A stretch of 64,000 nucleotides of DNA from an uncultured Verrucomicrobiota bacterium (GTDB taxonomy: Bacteria; Verrucomicrobiota; Kiritimatiellia; CAIKKV01; CAYSLU01): positions 3,700 through 67,699 of the forward strand of contig CAYSLU010000014.1 of the NCBI GenBank assembly GCA_964431965.1, given 5' to 3'. Below the pieces are notes generated by a model. It searched no databases and was not told the origin of the DNA. It saw only the letters and a list, made by a program, of their open reading frames with translations. How positions within the stretch are numbered: position 1 is the first letter of the stretch; every line of letters starts with the position of its first letter. Positions 33,034-45,800 of this stretch are shown one piece after another. A program made the translations under genes and the position numbers.

Positions 33034-34995
33034 ATGAAGAAGACAGACAGCAGTCCCGTGTTCCATACGGACCGGCGCATTCGGTTGGGCATCTGGGGCC
33101 TCGGGCGCGGCATGAGCTTCTACAGCACATGCCGGTTCCTCAACATCGATGTCGTGGCCGGGTGCGACTACAACGAGCACATGCGGAAGCGCTTTGCGGA
33201 TCAGAACCCGGGCGCGTTCGTGTCGGCTGATGCCGACGAGTTTCTGCGGCAGGACTTTGACGCCGTCCTGCTGGCGACCTACTGCCCGGCCCATGCGCCC
33301 GATGCGATCAAGTGCCTGGCGGCCGGGAAGCACGTGGTGTCCGAGGTCACGGCGTTCCACACGATGGCCGAAGGCGTGCGGTTGGTCGATGAAGTCGAGA
33401 AGCGCGGCCTGGTCTACAACCTCGCGGAGAACTATCCCTTCAGCGCGGCGAACATGTACCTGGCCCGGAAGTGGAAGGAGGGGCTCTTCGGCGATCTGAT
33501 GTACGCGGAGTACGAGTACGTCCATGAGTGTCGCCCCCTGGCCTACACGTACATCGACGGCGTTCCGGTTCAGCCCGGCTGGACCGTGCATAACTGGCGG
33601 AGCTGGATCAACTTCCACTACTACTGCACGCACTCGCTCGGGCCGGTGATGGTGATTACGGGCACCCGTCCGACGCGTGTCGTGGCGCTGCCCGGCCGGC
33701 AGCGTCTGGCCGGATACCTGATCGACTCGCCCGAGGGCATGGGCGGCGTCACGCCGTCGCTCATCAACATGACCGGCGGCGGAATCGTCCGCAACCTGAT
33801 GGGGGCAACAACGAATGACTCCCACGTCCAGCGGATCTGGGGAACGCTGGGCGCGGCCGAGATCGGGGTCGGAAAGCATCTGCAGCTCAGGCTCGGCGGG
33901 GCCGGCCACTCGCCGAAGATGGAGGTGAATCCGACGTGGGACGGCCTCGGCGAGCTGGCGGCCAAGACGGGGCATGGCGGGGGTGACTTCTGGGTGTTGT
34001 ATTACTTCGCGCGGCAGATCCTGACCGGACAGCCCGGCCCGTTCGATGTGTATGGTGCGGCTGATGTGACGATTCCCGGCATCCTCGCTTATCGGTCGTC
34101 TCTGGAGGAGGGGAAGCCGTTCGAGGTGCCGGACTTCCGCCGGAAGGAGGACCGCGATCGGTATCGCGATGACGACTGGGCTCAGCCGCGCTACGACGTG
34201 AAGCGCGGCGTCTTCATGCCGGGCGCCGACACGGCGGTGACGCAGGGCTTCTCCAAGACCATCACGGATTTGATCCGCCACGCGACTACCTGCCGAGCCT
34301 ACGTGGACTGGAAGGGCGTGGCGGCCGACTTGGCGGCTCCCGAGAGCCTGCTGGGGATGGCCGAGGGCATTGCGGCGGCTTATCCCCAGATTCGCGAGAC
34401 CTACACGGCCGCCCGGAAGCTGGCGAAGGCATATCCGGACAGCGATGGTGCGCGTGTGCTGCGGGAGATGCTGGACGTGGGGTGCGAGGCGAAGGTTCTG
34501 GCTACGGGATTCCTTGCGGGGGTGAAGCGCGAGATCATGAGCCTGCGCCGGCTCTATCCGGCCACCTCGTTCGAGCTGACCGCTGGAGTGGCGAGTCCGC
34601 TGCTCCCGAAGGCGGGAGACATCCGCCGCGTCAACCCGCCGCGGACGAAGCTGACGTTCTCTGCGATCCCGTACCACGCGCAGTACAAGAACCTCGACAT
34701 CCGTCCGGTTCACGGCAACAAGCAGGACGGACTCGTCTTCATCCGGGGCACCATCACCGTGCCGCGTTCCGGCAAGGGCGTGCTGCTGTACGGGGCTGAT
34801 GGCCCGGTGAAAGTGTGGGTCAACGGAAGAGCCGTCGGATGCGAGCCGCGTGCGACCAATCCGGCCCGGATCGACGAGTATCGCGCGCGTGTCGCGTGGA
34901 AGAAAGGGCGCAACGCGATCCTGGTGGCGATGCACACGAACCGGGGGCAAGCCTGGGGCTTCATCGGTCGAGCCTCGCTACAGGCGGCCACTTAG
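33034..34995 (+). CDS. Gfo/Idh/MocA-family oxidoreductase with a C-terminal beta-sandwich extension
   Basis: ATG at 33034 follows AGGAG. Rossmann N-terminus (IRLGIWGLGRGMSF...FDAVLLATYCPAHAPDAIKCLAAGKHVVSEV). The C-terminal ~90 aa resemble a jelly-roll module also present in the first TPR protein. Confidence 0.8.
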   Translation: MKKTDSSPVFHTDRRIRLGIWGLGRGMSFYSTCRFLNIDVVAGCDYNEHMRKRFADQNPGAFVSADADEFLRQDFDAVLLATYCPAHAPDAIKCLAAGKHVVSEVTAFHTMAEGVRLVDEVEKRGLVYNLAENYPFSAANMYLARKWKEGLFGDLMYAEYEYVHECRPLAYTYIDGVPVQPGWTVHNWRSWINFHYYCTHSLGPVMVITGTRPTRVVALPGRQRLAGYLIDSPEGMGGVTPSLINMTGGGIVRNLMGATTNDSHVQRIWGTLGAAEIGVGKHLQLRLGGAGHSPKMEVNPTWDGLGELAAKTGHGGGDFWVLYYFARQILTGQPGPFDVYGAADVTIPGILAYRSSLEEGKPFEVPDFRRKEDRDRYRDDDWAQPRYDVKRGVFMPGADTAVTQGFSKTITDLIRHATTCRAYVDWKGVAADLAAPESLLGMAEGIAAAYPQIRETYTAARKLAKAYPDSDGARVLREMLDVGCEAKVLATGFLAGVKREIMSLRRLYPATSFELTAGVASPLLPKAGDIRRVNPPRTKLTFSAIPYHAQYKNLDIRPVHGNKQDGLVFIRGTITVPRSGKGVLLYGADGPVKVWVNGRAVGCEPRATNPARIDEYRARVAWKKGRNAILVAMHTNRGQAWGFIGRASLQAAT

Positions 34996-35697
34996 AGCCC
35001 CCGGAACGTCGGTAAAGTTTACAGTGACGCATCGGCAGACGTCTGCTTTGACTTGGATGTATATGGTGCAAAATGTTGCAGTTCAAGTTGTTGTGACATG
35101 AGTTTGGCTGCGTGTTTCGGTTGGCCCGATAATTGCTAACTAAAATACTTGGATTTGGCCCGTCCTGAAGGCAGGGGTAACGGGACGAGAACACCTTCAT
35201 TCGCGCACCGGGGCTGTCGGATGGGCGGGCCAACCACTAATTTATGCCGGACGTGGGTTCTCCGTTCTGGCTGAGCGCAACGGGGGGGTACGGTTTGGTC
35301 GCGACGACCGAGTCGATTGGGCCGGATTCCCCTCAACGCGTTTCGGCTTGGACGTGCGTCGTGCTGGGAGGATGGCATGTGGGCGGAGGGATATCGCTCT
35401 GCCGATCGGGGTCGGCTATCGGCGCGCTTCAAGTTGTCCTCCTCCTCTCGAAATGCTAGTGGTCCAGGTTCATTCCTTCACTGGAGCGGGACGTCTTGCG
35501 CCCGCGAGTCCCGTGGCTCGGGGGCGGAGCTTCTCGCTTCGCCATGCGCTCCTGCCGTTCGGGCGTGGAGATTCCTCTGTACGTGTGCTGACTCGTGGGG
35601 CTGTCTGCGGGTGTCTTCCGGCTGACGCCGTCTGCCGGGGGCTCCGCAGGCGTGCGGCGGTCGCGTGATGCGGCTGTCGGCGGCAAGGAGCGTTGGA

Positions 35698-36840
35698 ATG
35701 AACCGAAGTTTCGCGATGGGACGGGTGGCCGCGCTGATCGCATCTCTGGCTACGTCGGTTCCGGCTGTCACCTTCACCCCTTTTACGCCGACGGGCGGCG
35801 GGGGCACGATCAACGGCCAGCAGCTCACGGTCGGCGCGGGCGGCACGGTCTACGAGTTGGACTCCTTCATCCACGTGCAAGGCTTCGATCTGAACGGGGC
35901 CGAGACCGGCACGTGCGGGCGGCTGACGGCCGACGCCATGCCGACCGGCCTGGTGTATCGGTTCGACGCGTGGCTGACCAACTCCGCCGGTCGGCTGGTG
36001 CTCTCGTATTGCATCTCGAACTCATCCGCATCGACCTTTCGCGATGTCCGGTTCTTCTCGTTTCTGGACCCGGAGATCGACCAGAACATCAACACGTTCT
36101 ACGACGAGTACGCGACGATGGCGGGTGCGCCGGGACAGGGCGACACGGACGCCGCGCCGGAGTACTGGCTGATCGACGAGCCGGGCTACTCGAGCGGGAC
36201 GATCGTGCAGGAGCTTCAGGTCGGCGTCTTGGGCAATGCGAACCGGGTTCCCCAGGGCCGGCCGAACGACGTGTCGATGGCGCTGGGCTTCCGGCTCGGC
36301 GACCTCAGCAACGGGCTGGCCCGCTGCGTGCGGATCATGATCGCCGAGGACGGCGGATCGACTGGCGCGGTCGTCCTGACGCAGCGCGACACGTCCACGA
36401 ACTCCACCACGGCCATCACGTACTCGGGCGAATCCGACTTTCGGGTTTCTGACGAGCCCGGGTGGGTGTTCACGAACGTCACGCCGCACGTGACGCTGAC
36501 GTGGGCGTGGCAGCTTGACCGCCAGACGGGGGCCTTGCGCGGATCGGCGACCGTGCGCCTGACCGACCCGCAGGTCCCTCGCGTGGGGGCGCCGTTCCAG
36601 TTCGGTCTTCACGGCGCCGGCCCCATCCATTTCCTGCAGAGTGACGGCACGCTGCCGGACGGGGATCCGTACGTCGACCGGACGTCCCCCATGCTGAACG
36701 CGCTCCGCCAGACCGGGAACCGGGACGACTACCTGGACCCGGGCGAGGACGTGACGGTTGGGCCGTTCGATGTCTTCACGCCGAATCGGGCGGCGCCTTC
36801 GCCCGGGCTCTTCCGGCTGTGGTCGATGCGGTATTTCTGA
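35698..36840 (+). CDS. Secreted hypothetical protein upstream of the giant Rhs gene
   Basis: ATG at 35698 follows AAGGAG. Signal peptide (MNRSFAMGRVAALIASLATSVPA). Codon usage is consistent with coding sequence. I recognise no domain. It ends 39 nt before the giant gene. Confidence 0.65.
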   Translation: MNRSFAMGRVAALIASLATSVPAVTFTPFTPTGGGGTINGQQLTVGAGGTVYELDSFIHVQGFDLNGAETGTCGRLTADAMPTGLVYRFDAWLTNSAGRLVLSYCISNSSASTFRDVRFFSFLDPEIDQNINTFYDEYATMAGAPGQGDTDAAPEYWLIDEPGYSSGTIVQELQVGVLGNANRVPQGRPNDVSMALGFRLGDLSNGLARCVRIMIAEDGGSTGAVVLTQRDTSTNSTTAITYSGESDFRVSDEPGWVFTNVTPHVTLTWAWQLDRQTGALRGSATVRLTDPQVPRVGAPFQFGLHGAGPIHFLQSDGTLPDGDPYVDRTSPMLNALRQTGNRDDYLDPGEDVTVGPFDVFTPNRAAPSPGLFRLWSMRYF

Positions 36841-36879
36841 AGCTGAACCGGGGCTGTGGGATCGGAAGGACGGTGTTCC

Positions 36880-39800
36880 ATGAAACGCAAGACCGCGCGC
36901 TATGGGATCGCATTGCTGGCTGCCGTCGTGCTGGCGGCGGTGTCGCTGGCCGTCGTGGGTGGGCCGCCGCGGATTGAGGGACTCGGGCCGCGCCCCGACG
37001 GCTGGATGGCCTCGCGGGTCGGCGTGGATACGGCCGGCGTCTACCTCGTGCAGTGGAGCACGAACCTGACGCGGTGGACGAACGTGGTGGCGGTATACGC
37101 GAACACCAACGCGTTCGAGTTCGTCGATCCCGATGCGGTCTCAAACCGGCAGGCGTTCTACCGGACGCTGCGTCTGGACGGGCTGACCGACACGAATCCG
37201 CCGGCGTGGGCCGGCGGGCTGCAGGTGGAGCTGTTCAAGCCCGAGGCGGGCGGGCTTTTTCTTCGATGGAAGCGGGCGGCCGACGGGACTGGCGTGGCCG
37301 GCTACCGCATCTACGTGGACGGCGCGGTCGTCACTAACCTCCCGGGCAACGTCCCGTTCTGCCTGCTGCCCGGCATGCGGATGAGCGACCGGCATGACAT
37401 CCGGATCGAGGCGTTCGACGCCTCGGGCAACACGACGGGCGTGCGCAGCCTGATGTACGTGCCCGGGCGGACGATCGGCATGGTGGCGGATGACGGCGGC
37501 CGGACGTACGTCTTCTGGACCCAGGCGGACGGCTCGCTCTCGCCCCTGACCCGGCTGGTCGATATCGGCTGGAACACGCGCGGCGGCGCTGTCGGGGACT
37601 TCGACGGCGATGACGTGCTGGACATCGTTACGGGATACGGGGGCGACGGGACGATTCGGCCGTACCTGCTGCGGGGGCGCGGTGACGGAACGTTCGAGGC
37701 GCCGGCGGCGCTGACGGCGAATGCCGGATCCAGCGGATGGATCATGGGCGGGGCGGCCGGTGACTACGACGCCGACGGCTGCCTGGACTTCATGCTGAAC
37801 GGGAACAACGGGACCCTGGCGTTCTACTGGGGGCGGGGTGATGGGACGTTCGACCTGGCCGCGGCGGCTTACCCCTCGTCCGGCCGCGACATGGACACCG
37901 GCGACTTCAATGAAGACGGCTTCGACGACTTCGTGCGGGCCACGCACGGAGACGGCTACGTGCGGCAGTACCTTTCGCGCGGCGACCGGACGTTCTACGA
38001 GACGAACGTCGTGGGCGATGCCGGCGACGATCCGTATGGCGTGGCGACCGGCGACTTCGACGAGGACGGCCACTTGGACGTGATGGCGATTTCGGGCGGG
38101 AGCGGGTACATCAGCCTGTGGGCTGGCCGCGGGGACGGGACGTTCACGAACGGGGTGGCGGTGACCAACCTGATGGCCCTGACGTCGGGTAACCACGGCG
38201 CGATGGACGCCTACGATTACAATGGCGACGGGCACTTGGATGTCGTGCTGGCCAACTACTCGTGGCGGCAGGTGATCTTCTGGCCCGGGAGGGGGGACGG
38301 GACGTTCGGCGCCGGCATTATCAACTCCAATCAACCGTCGAGCGCGGCGATGGGCCTGGCGTCCCCGCCGCTGCCGCCGCGGGTGGACGTGGGCGTCGTG
38401 CCGGACACGCCGGTCATCCCCTTGAACGGTGCGGTGGCCTTCGGCGCGGTAGGCAGCGGGATTTCGTCGAACGATTCCTTCGTCTGGAGCATCGTGGGCG
38501 GATCGAGTTCCACCGGAATGTCGGTAACGAACACGTTCGTGGAGGAGGGCGTGTTTCTGGCGCACCTCCTGCACACGTCGACTGGCGGCGTCAAGAGCGC
38601 CCGGGGGACCCGCGTGCGGGTTCGCGGCCAGCCGCCCGTCGCGGCTCCGGGCGGCCCATACACGCTCGGAGAGAGCGCCGTCCGGCAGATGCAGTGGACC
38701 GCGGCGCTGAACGGCGGCGCGTCGACGGACGACTTCGGAATCGTGCGGTACTTCTGGAATTTCGGCGACGGCACGATGGCGACCGGCACGACACCGCAGG
38801 TCAGCCACACGTGGAGCGGGGAAGGGCCGTGGACGGTATGGCTGACCGTCGAGGACAAGTCCGGCCTCACGGGGAGCAACAGCACCACGGTCACGTTCGT
38901 GCCCGGAGCGCCGCCGACGGCCGCGATCGCCGGCCCGTCGGTGATTGACGAAGCCCGCGCTACCAACGGCAGCTGGTACGCGGGCTTTTCAGCGGCCGGC
39001 TCGACCGACGATGTGGGGGTCTGGAAGTACCAGTGGGACTTCGGGAACGGCCAGAGCGCCACGGCTCCGGACACCCGCACCACGTACGGCGGCGTCAGCA
39101 CCTATCGGGTGACCTTGACGGTCTGGGATCACGCGGGCCAGACCGACTCGACCACACACGACATCGAGACCCGGGCGAACGGCATTCCGACGCCGGGGAT
39201 CGCGGGCTCGCGCTTCCTCAACGAAGTCGTGGCGACCAACGGCTACTGGTACGGGGCTTGGGATGGAAACACCCGGTCCACGGATGACTGGGGCATCGCG
39301 CGGTTCGTCTGGTCGTTCGGTGACGGCTCGGCGTCGGCCACGGGTCCGATCGCCACGCACCAGTACGCGGCGCCCGGGGTGTACCGGCTGAGCCTGACGG
39401 TCGTGGATAACGCCAACCAGCCGGCCACCATCACGCAGAACGTCGTGGTCGTGACGGACGATCCGCCCATCGCCCGAATGGCGCCGGCCGGGGCCACGGC
39501 GGAGGGGTGGCAGTGGATCAATCTCAGCGGCGAAGGGTCCACGGATGATCACGGCCTGTCCGCGTATCGCTGGTACCTGCCGGCTTCGTACTACCCGTTC
39601 ACGGGCTCGTTCGTCGACCAGCGCCAGTGGCGGGCCGGGCGGACGCTGCAGGCCGACCGGATGATCCTGACGGGCGACAGCAGCTGGGGGCACACGTACT
39701 TCTACAGCGTCCCGGTCCGTGTCCAGCGCGGCTCCACGTTCGAGGGCCGCATCGACACCGGAGTCGGCTACACCCACGGGATGGTGGGGCTCAAGGATCT

Positions 39801-42800
39801 GAGCGGGAGCCCGCAATACTCGCACTATGTGTACGCCCTCTACTTTGCTGACGGGGCCATCCACATCTACGAGTACGGCGGCAGCCGCGGCCAGCGCGGC
39901 TCCTACGTCCGGGGCGACAGCTACGACTTCCGCCTTGAGACAAAGCCGGGCAGCGGCGTGCGGTACTGGGTCCGGCCCTCGAATACGAACGCGGCCTACA
40001 CGCTGCTGCTCGACTCCACGGCATACGCTGACACCGAATTCACGTTCGGTGCGGATGTGTACTCCAGCACGTTCGCGTTCGACGACTTCTTCGTAAGCGG
40101 CGGGTATGCCGAGGGCTCCAACATCACCGTAGCCGTTCATCCAGGAGGTCCGGTCACCCTGGAGGTCGTCGACAATGGGAGCCAGACCAACCGGACGACG
40201 GCGCTGTTCCAGTCCATCACCGGCTCGCCGCCGCGGGCGGTCGTGGCCGGGGCGAGCGGCGGGGCCACGAGCATCCAGCTGCTGTTCGACGGCTACGATT
40301 CGCAGGATGACTACGGGATCGCGTCGTACCTGTGGGATTTCGGCGACGGCAGCACGCAGGCGGTGGGGCCGGTCGCGGTGCACGCCTTCAATGCGGCGAG
40401 CAACTACACGGTTCGGCTGACCGTCATGGACTACGCCGGGCAGGCCGACACGGCAACGCACGCCGTGTCGGTCACGGGCTCCGCCTCGGTCGTGGCGGTC
40501 CCCTGGCAGATTCTGGGCGGGGTCGAGCTGCCGCACGAGACGTACAACGCGCACACGGTCACCCTGAAGGCGGTGGCCGCCCGGCTGTCGGTCCCGTTCG
40601 ACTATGCGTGGGACTTTGGGGACGGTTCGGCCGCCGCCACGGGTACGGTCACGACGACCAATGGCGCCTACGGCATCGAAGCGCGGCATGCCTACACGGG
40701 GGCCGACAACACCCCGTTCTTTGCCACGATTACGGTGATACAGACCAACGGCGTTCGGGCGAGCGACACCTATCCCATCCTCCTGCGCCAGAAGACGCTC
40801 GAGGTGGAGATGGATGTCGCGATCGACGAAGGGCTCTGGTTCCTCCACAAGCAGCAGAACCGCCGCAGCTACCCGACGTATGACGACGGGTACTGGGTGT
40901 ATAGCTCCGTCGGTACCTACTACGTTTCCCCCAGCGCGTCGGCTGTTCAGGCATTCGAAATCAACGGGCATATCGAGAACGGAGACCCGGAGCAGGATCC
41001 ATACGTGGAGACGGTCAAGCGGGGGATGAACTACCTGCTGACCGCCATCGGCACACGTGAGATCGGCTCGACTCCGTTTGGCGATGCGGACAGCAACGGC
41101 AACGGCATCGGCCTGGAGGCCGGCAACCAGCCGATCTACGAGCTGGGCCAGGTTATGGATGCGATTGTCGCGGGCGGCACGCCCGACGCGGTGGCGCAGG
41201 TGGGCGGCGCCAATGTGTATGGCCGGACGTATCGGGAGATTGTCCAGGACATGGTCGACATGTATTGCTGGGGCCAGTACGACGGCTCGTGCGGCGGCGG
41301 CTGGCGCTACGGGTGGAACGACTGGCCCGACAACTCCGCGAGCCAGTGGGCCTCCGTCGGCCTGCTGGCCGCCGAGCGCTACTGGGGGCTGGCCGTTCCG
41401 TCGTGGGCCAAGAGCTGGAACAAGGTGTGGTGCCAGTACAGCAAGGGCTCGACCGGCTTCGGCTACACCGGCAGCGGCGACGGAGAGGCAACGACCCCTT
41501 CCGCGCTGGTCCAGCTCTCGTGGAACGGAACCGATACGTCCGACGCGCTCTGGGTGCACGGCGAGAAATACCTCGAGGACAACTGGAACTGGCTGATGTC
41601 GGTCTACAACCTCTACTCGTCCTACGCCGTCTCGAAGGCCATGCGCACGGCCAATCCCGTGCCGGTCACCCGCTTCCGGACCAGCGGCCTCGACTGGTTC
41701 ATGGATCCGGCCAGGGGGCTGGCGCGCAACCTGATCGACCGCCAGTATTCGGACGGCTCGTGGTTAGGCTCGGGGCGCGGCAACGAGCGTGACTCCCGGC
41801 TGAGCACCGCCTGGGGCGTCATCATCCTGTCCAGCTCGCTCTTCACGCAAGGCCCTGTGGCGATCGTGCGTGCGCGGCCCAACCCGACGGCCGTGGGCTT
41901 CCCCGTGTCGTTCGACGCGCGCGAGTCGTACCACCGGCACCGATCCTTCCGCATCTCCGAGTACCGGTGGGACTTCGACGCGTCCGACGGGCTGGACTTC
42001 GATCACCCCGACGCGACGGGACCCGTGGTCTCGAACGCCTTCGGCGCCATCACGAACGTCCTCGTCACGCTGCAGGTGCGCGACAACGGCACGCCGACCG
42101 CGTACGACACGGCGTCCGTGCAGGTCCAGGTCTCGCGCGGCGCGCATCCGCCGACCGCCGAGGCGAGCGGCCCCTATGTCGGCGCCGTTGGCGAGGCGAT
42201 CACGCTCGACGGCTCGGGGTCGTTCGACGTCGATGCGGCGGACGGCGACTCCATCCAGTCGTGGGAATGGGAGACGGACTTCCAGCAGCCGCTCGACTTC
42301 TCCGACGGGTTCTCGGGGCCGACGGTCGTCGTTCCGGGCAACTACTATCCGACGCCCGGCCGCCGGCAGGTCGGCCTGCGCGTGAAGGATCGGACCGCCC
42401 AGGTGTTCCCCGGCGCGGGCCCCGATCAGACGGCCACGGACTTTGCGACGCTGATCCTGTACACGCCCACGGTGTCCAACCTGGCGGCCCGGCCGAAGCG
42501 CACGAAGTGCCAGCTCACGTGGAACTGGTCGCAGGGATACGAGTGTGCCGTCATGCGCAGCGAAGTCGGGCCGAACCGGGGCTTCATCGAGGTCGGCCGC
42601 ACGCAGAGCGGGTACGCCACCTTCCTGGACGAGTCGATTCAGCTCAACCGCGACTACTACTACCGCATCTACGTGTACGACCTGGGCGGACGCGATCCGA
42701 TCGGCATCTCGCCCGTTCGCTACGTGCGCTCGCAGCAGCGCGGCATCGATAACTGGCCTCCGCGCTTCTACGGCACGCCGACGCCCGGCGCCGTGGTCGG

Positions 42801-45800
42801 CGGCCTCTACGAGGTGCAGCTCCAGGCTCAGGACCCGGAGAGCGATCCGATGACGTTCAGCCTAGCCATGGCGCCCACCGGCATGACGGTCGGCGTATCG
42901 AACGGGATCGTCCGGTTCACGCCCACCCCCGACCAGGTCGGCACGCACGAGATCATCGCCGAGGTCCGCGATGCGGCGGGCATGGACGTGCTCGACTACT
43001 ACCTCGTCGTCTTCCCGGCCTCGAACCGGGCGCCCGTGGCCGTGGCCAACGGCCCGTACGCCGGGCTGACCGGCCAGCCCATCGCCTTCAGCTCGGCTGG
43101 GACCTTCGATCCCGACGGCAATCCGGTGCGCTATGCGTGGAACTTCGGCGACGGCGGCACGGCCACGAACGCCCACCCCGCTCACGTCTACGGCGGGGCG
43201 GGGCAGTACGTGGCGTCGCTCTTCGTCAGCGATTCGTACGGCGGCACGGCATCGACCCAGGCCTTCGTCGTCATCGAGCGCCCGAACCGGGAGCCGGTGG
43301 CGGTGGTCGCCGGGGGGCCCCAGTTCGTGACCCGCCTCGGGCTCCCCCTGTGGCTCGACGGCCGCGCCTCCTACGACCCGGACGGCGATGACATCGTGCT
43401 GTCGTGGAGCTGGGGGGACGGCCGTCCCGAAACGAACGGCAACGCCCAGGTCTCGCGCATATACGGCGCGCTCGGACGGTTCGATGGCGGGCTGACGGTC
43501 GCCGACGGGCGAGGCGGCACGAACACGTATCCGTTTGTGGTCACGGTGGGGCCGTCGAATCGGCCGCCGGCCGCGGTGTTCAGCGTCACGAACGCCGCCG
43601 GGCCGCACGTGCTGAGCCGCCACCTGTTCGATGCCTCGGCGACGACCGACGCCGAGGGCGATCCGATGGTCTTCTCGTGGGACTTCGGGGACCGCGTGCG
43701 GACCACCGGCATCATCGTCACCCACGTGTACCGCCAGCGCGGCGACTACCCGGTCGTCCTGACGGTCCGCGACAACCAGCAGGGGGAGACCGTGGTGACG
43801 CAGGTCGTGTCCATCGTGAACGCGCCGCCGGTGTTCACATCGACCCCGCCCATCTGGGCCAGCGAGACGGTGCCGTATGTCTACGAGCCGGGCGTGTTCG
43901 ACGTCGATGGCGACCGGGTAGGCTTCAGCCTGGCGACCAATCCGCCGGCCATGACGATCGATCCCGACACCGGCCGAATCGACTGGACGCCGCTCTCCGA
44001 GGACATCGGGCCGCATCCGATCGTCGTCCGGGTCACCGACACGAACGGCGCGTCCGGCGAGCAGTCCTACACGCTGGTGGTTGCCAGCGCGGCGGGTCCG
44101 AGCCTGGATCTGGAGCCCGTCCTGATCGAAGGCTCCAATGTGCTGATGGACGCCCGGACCCTGAGCGTCGGCGGCACCATCGAGGTGCGCATCGTGAACA
44201 ATGGAACGAGCGCGGTGCCCGTGCCCTATACGCTGACCGTCTTCGAGGATCTCGACCGCGACGGGGCGTACTCCTCGACGTCGGACACCCGGCTCGGGTG
44301 GGCGAACCTGGGGGCCGGCCTGCAGGCCGGGTGGATCGGCATCGCGACGATTCCGCTGGCGGGCACGGCGTCCTTCCGCGATGTGCCGCTGTCGGCGTTC
44401 GTCGACAGCGAGGGCGCGGTCCCCGAGTTCGATGAGTCGAACAACGTGCTGCGCGACGGCGATGACGCGACGGGCGCCGCCGTAGACGTGAGTGCCGCGT
44501 GGCTGCGCGACGACCGCCGGGGCCTGCCGGGGCAGGTGGCGCTGACGGCCCGGCTGGGCAACAGCGGCGCCGTTTCGATCCCGACCAATGTCGCGATGTC
44601 GTTCTATGCTGGCGATCCCGCGCACGGCGGCGGGCTGATCGGGGTGGCTCATCCGACCAACGTCCTGGCGTCCGGCGCCTTCGCCGACCTGTCGGTCACG
44701 TGGCTGAATCCGGCCATCACGGCCCACACCGTGTTCGTCCGGGCGGACGACGACGGCAGCGGGGGAGCGGCGCTCGCGGAGGCCAACGAGGCGAACAACG
44801 GATTCAGCGACACCGTCGATCTCATGGCGAACGAGCCGCCCGTCGCGGATGCGGGCGCGGATCAGACCGCGGCGGTCGGGTATACGTACGGCTTGAACGG
44901 CTCGGACTCGGCCGACCCGGAGGGCAAGCCGCTTCGCTACCGGTGGTCGGTCTTTGCGATTCCGATCGGAAGCCAGACGGCGCTGCAGGGCGCGGATACG
45001 GCCGGGCCGCTGTTCGCGGCGGACGTGCCGGGGGCCTACACGTTCCAGCTCGTCGTGAACGACGGCGTGCAGGACAGCGCGGCTGACTCGGTGACGGTCA
45101 CGGTGGTTGACCCGTCCGCGAATCATCCGCCGGAGATCGTCTCCCGCCCCTCCTTCGTGGCCATGGTGAGCGTGCCGTATGGGTACGCGGCGGCCGCGAC
45201 GGACCCGGACGGCGACGTGGTCACGTGGCGCCTGAACCAGAAGCCGGCGGGCATGACGATCGCCACCAACTCCGGGGTGATCGCGTGGACGCCGACGAAC
45301 GCGGGGGCCTTCTTCGTGCAGGTGATCGCAGACGACGGGCGGGGCGGGGCGTTCTCGCAGGGTTACAGCCTGAACGTGATTCCATACCAGAACCTGGCGC
45401 CGCAGATCACGAGTACGCCCGTGACGCTGGCCCAGCCGGGAGTCGCGTACCGGTATGACGTCGATGCGACCGATTTCAACCGGACGGACACGCTGACCTA
45501 CGCGCTGCCGGAGCGTCCCTCGGGCATGAGCATCGCCTCCGGCACGGGCCTGATCTCGTGGACCCCGTCGGGCGGCCAGCTTGGGGCGCACGGCGTGACG
45601 GTTACGGTCTCGGACGGCCGCGGGGGTGCGGCCACCCAGGCGTTCGACGTCGTCGTCGTGGTCAGCGCGAGCAACGCGCCCGCAGTTCGGCGGATCCCGG
45701 ACCAGGTCGTGACGGATCCGGCGGCGTTCACGGCCATCGCGCTCGACGGGTACGTGACGGATCCGGACGATCCGAAGAGCAACCTGGTGTGGACGGCCTC

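Noticed and set aside
35034-35050. The palindrome GCAGACGTCTGC followed by TTTG after the oxidoreductase gene, considered as an intrinsic terminator.
   Set aside because: It is a loop-less palindrome, so at most a 4-bp stem could form, and the T-run is only three residues. That is too weak to call.
35136-35625. Short ORFs (71-106 aa, both strands) inside the 700-bp gap upstream of the giant-toxin operon.
   Set aside because: They have no ribosome-binding sites, their composition is implausible (Arg/Ser/Pro/Cys-rich), and they overlap one another. I treat the region as non-coding pending an RNA or homology search.
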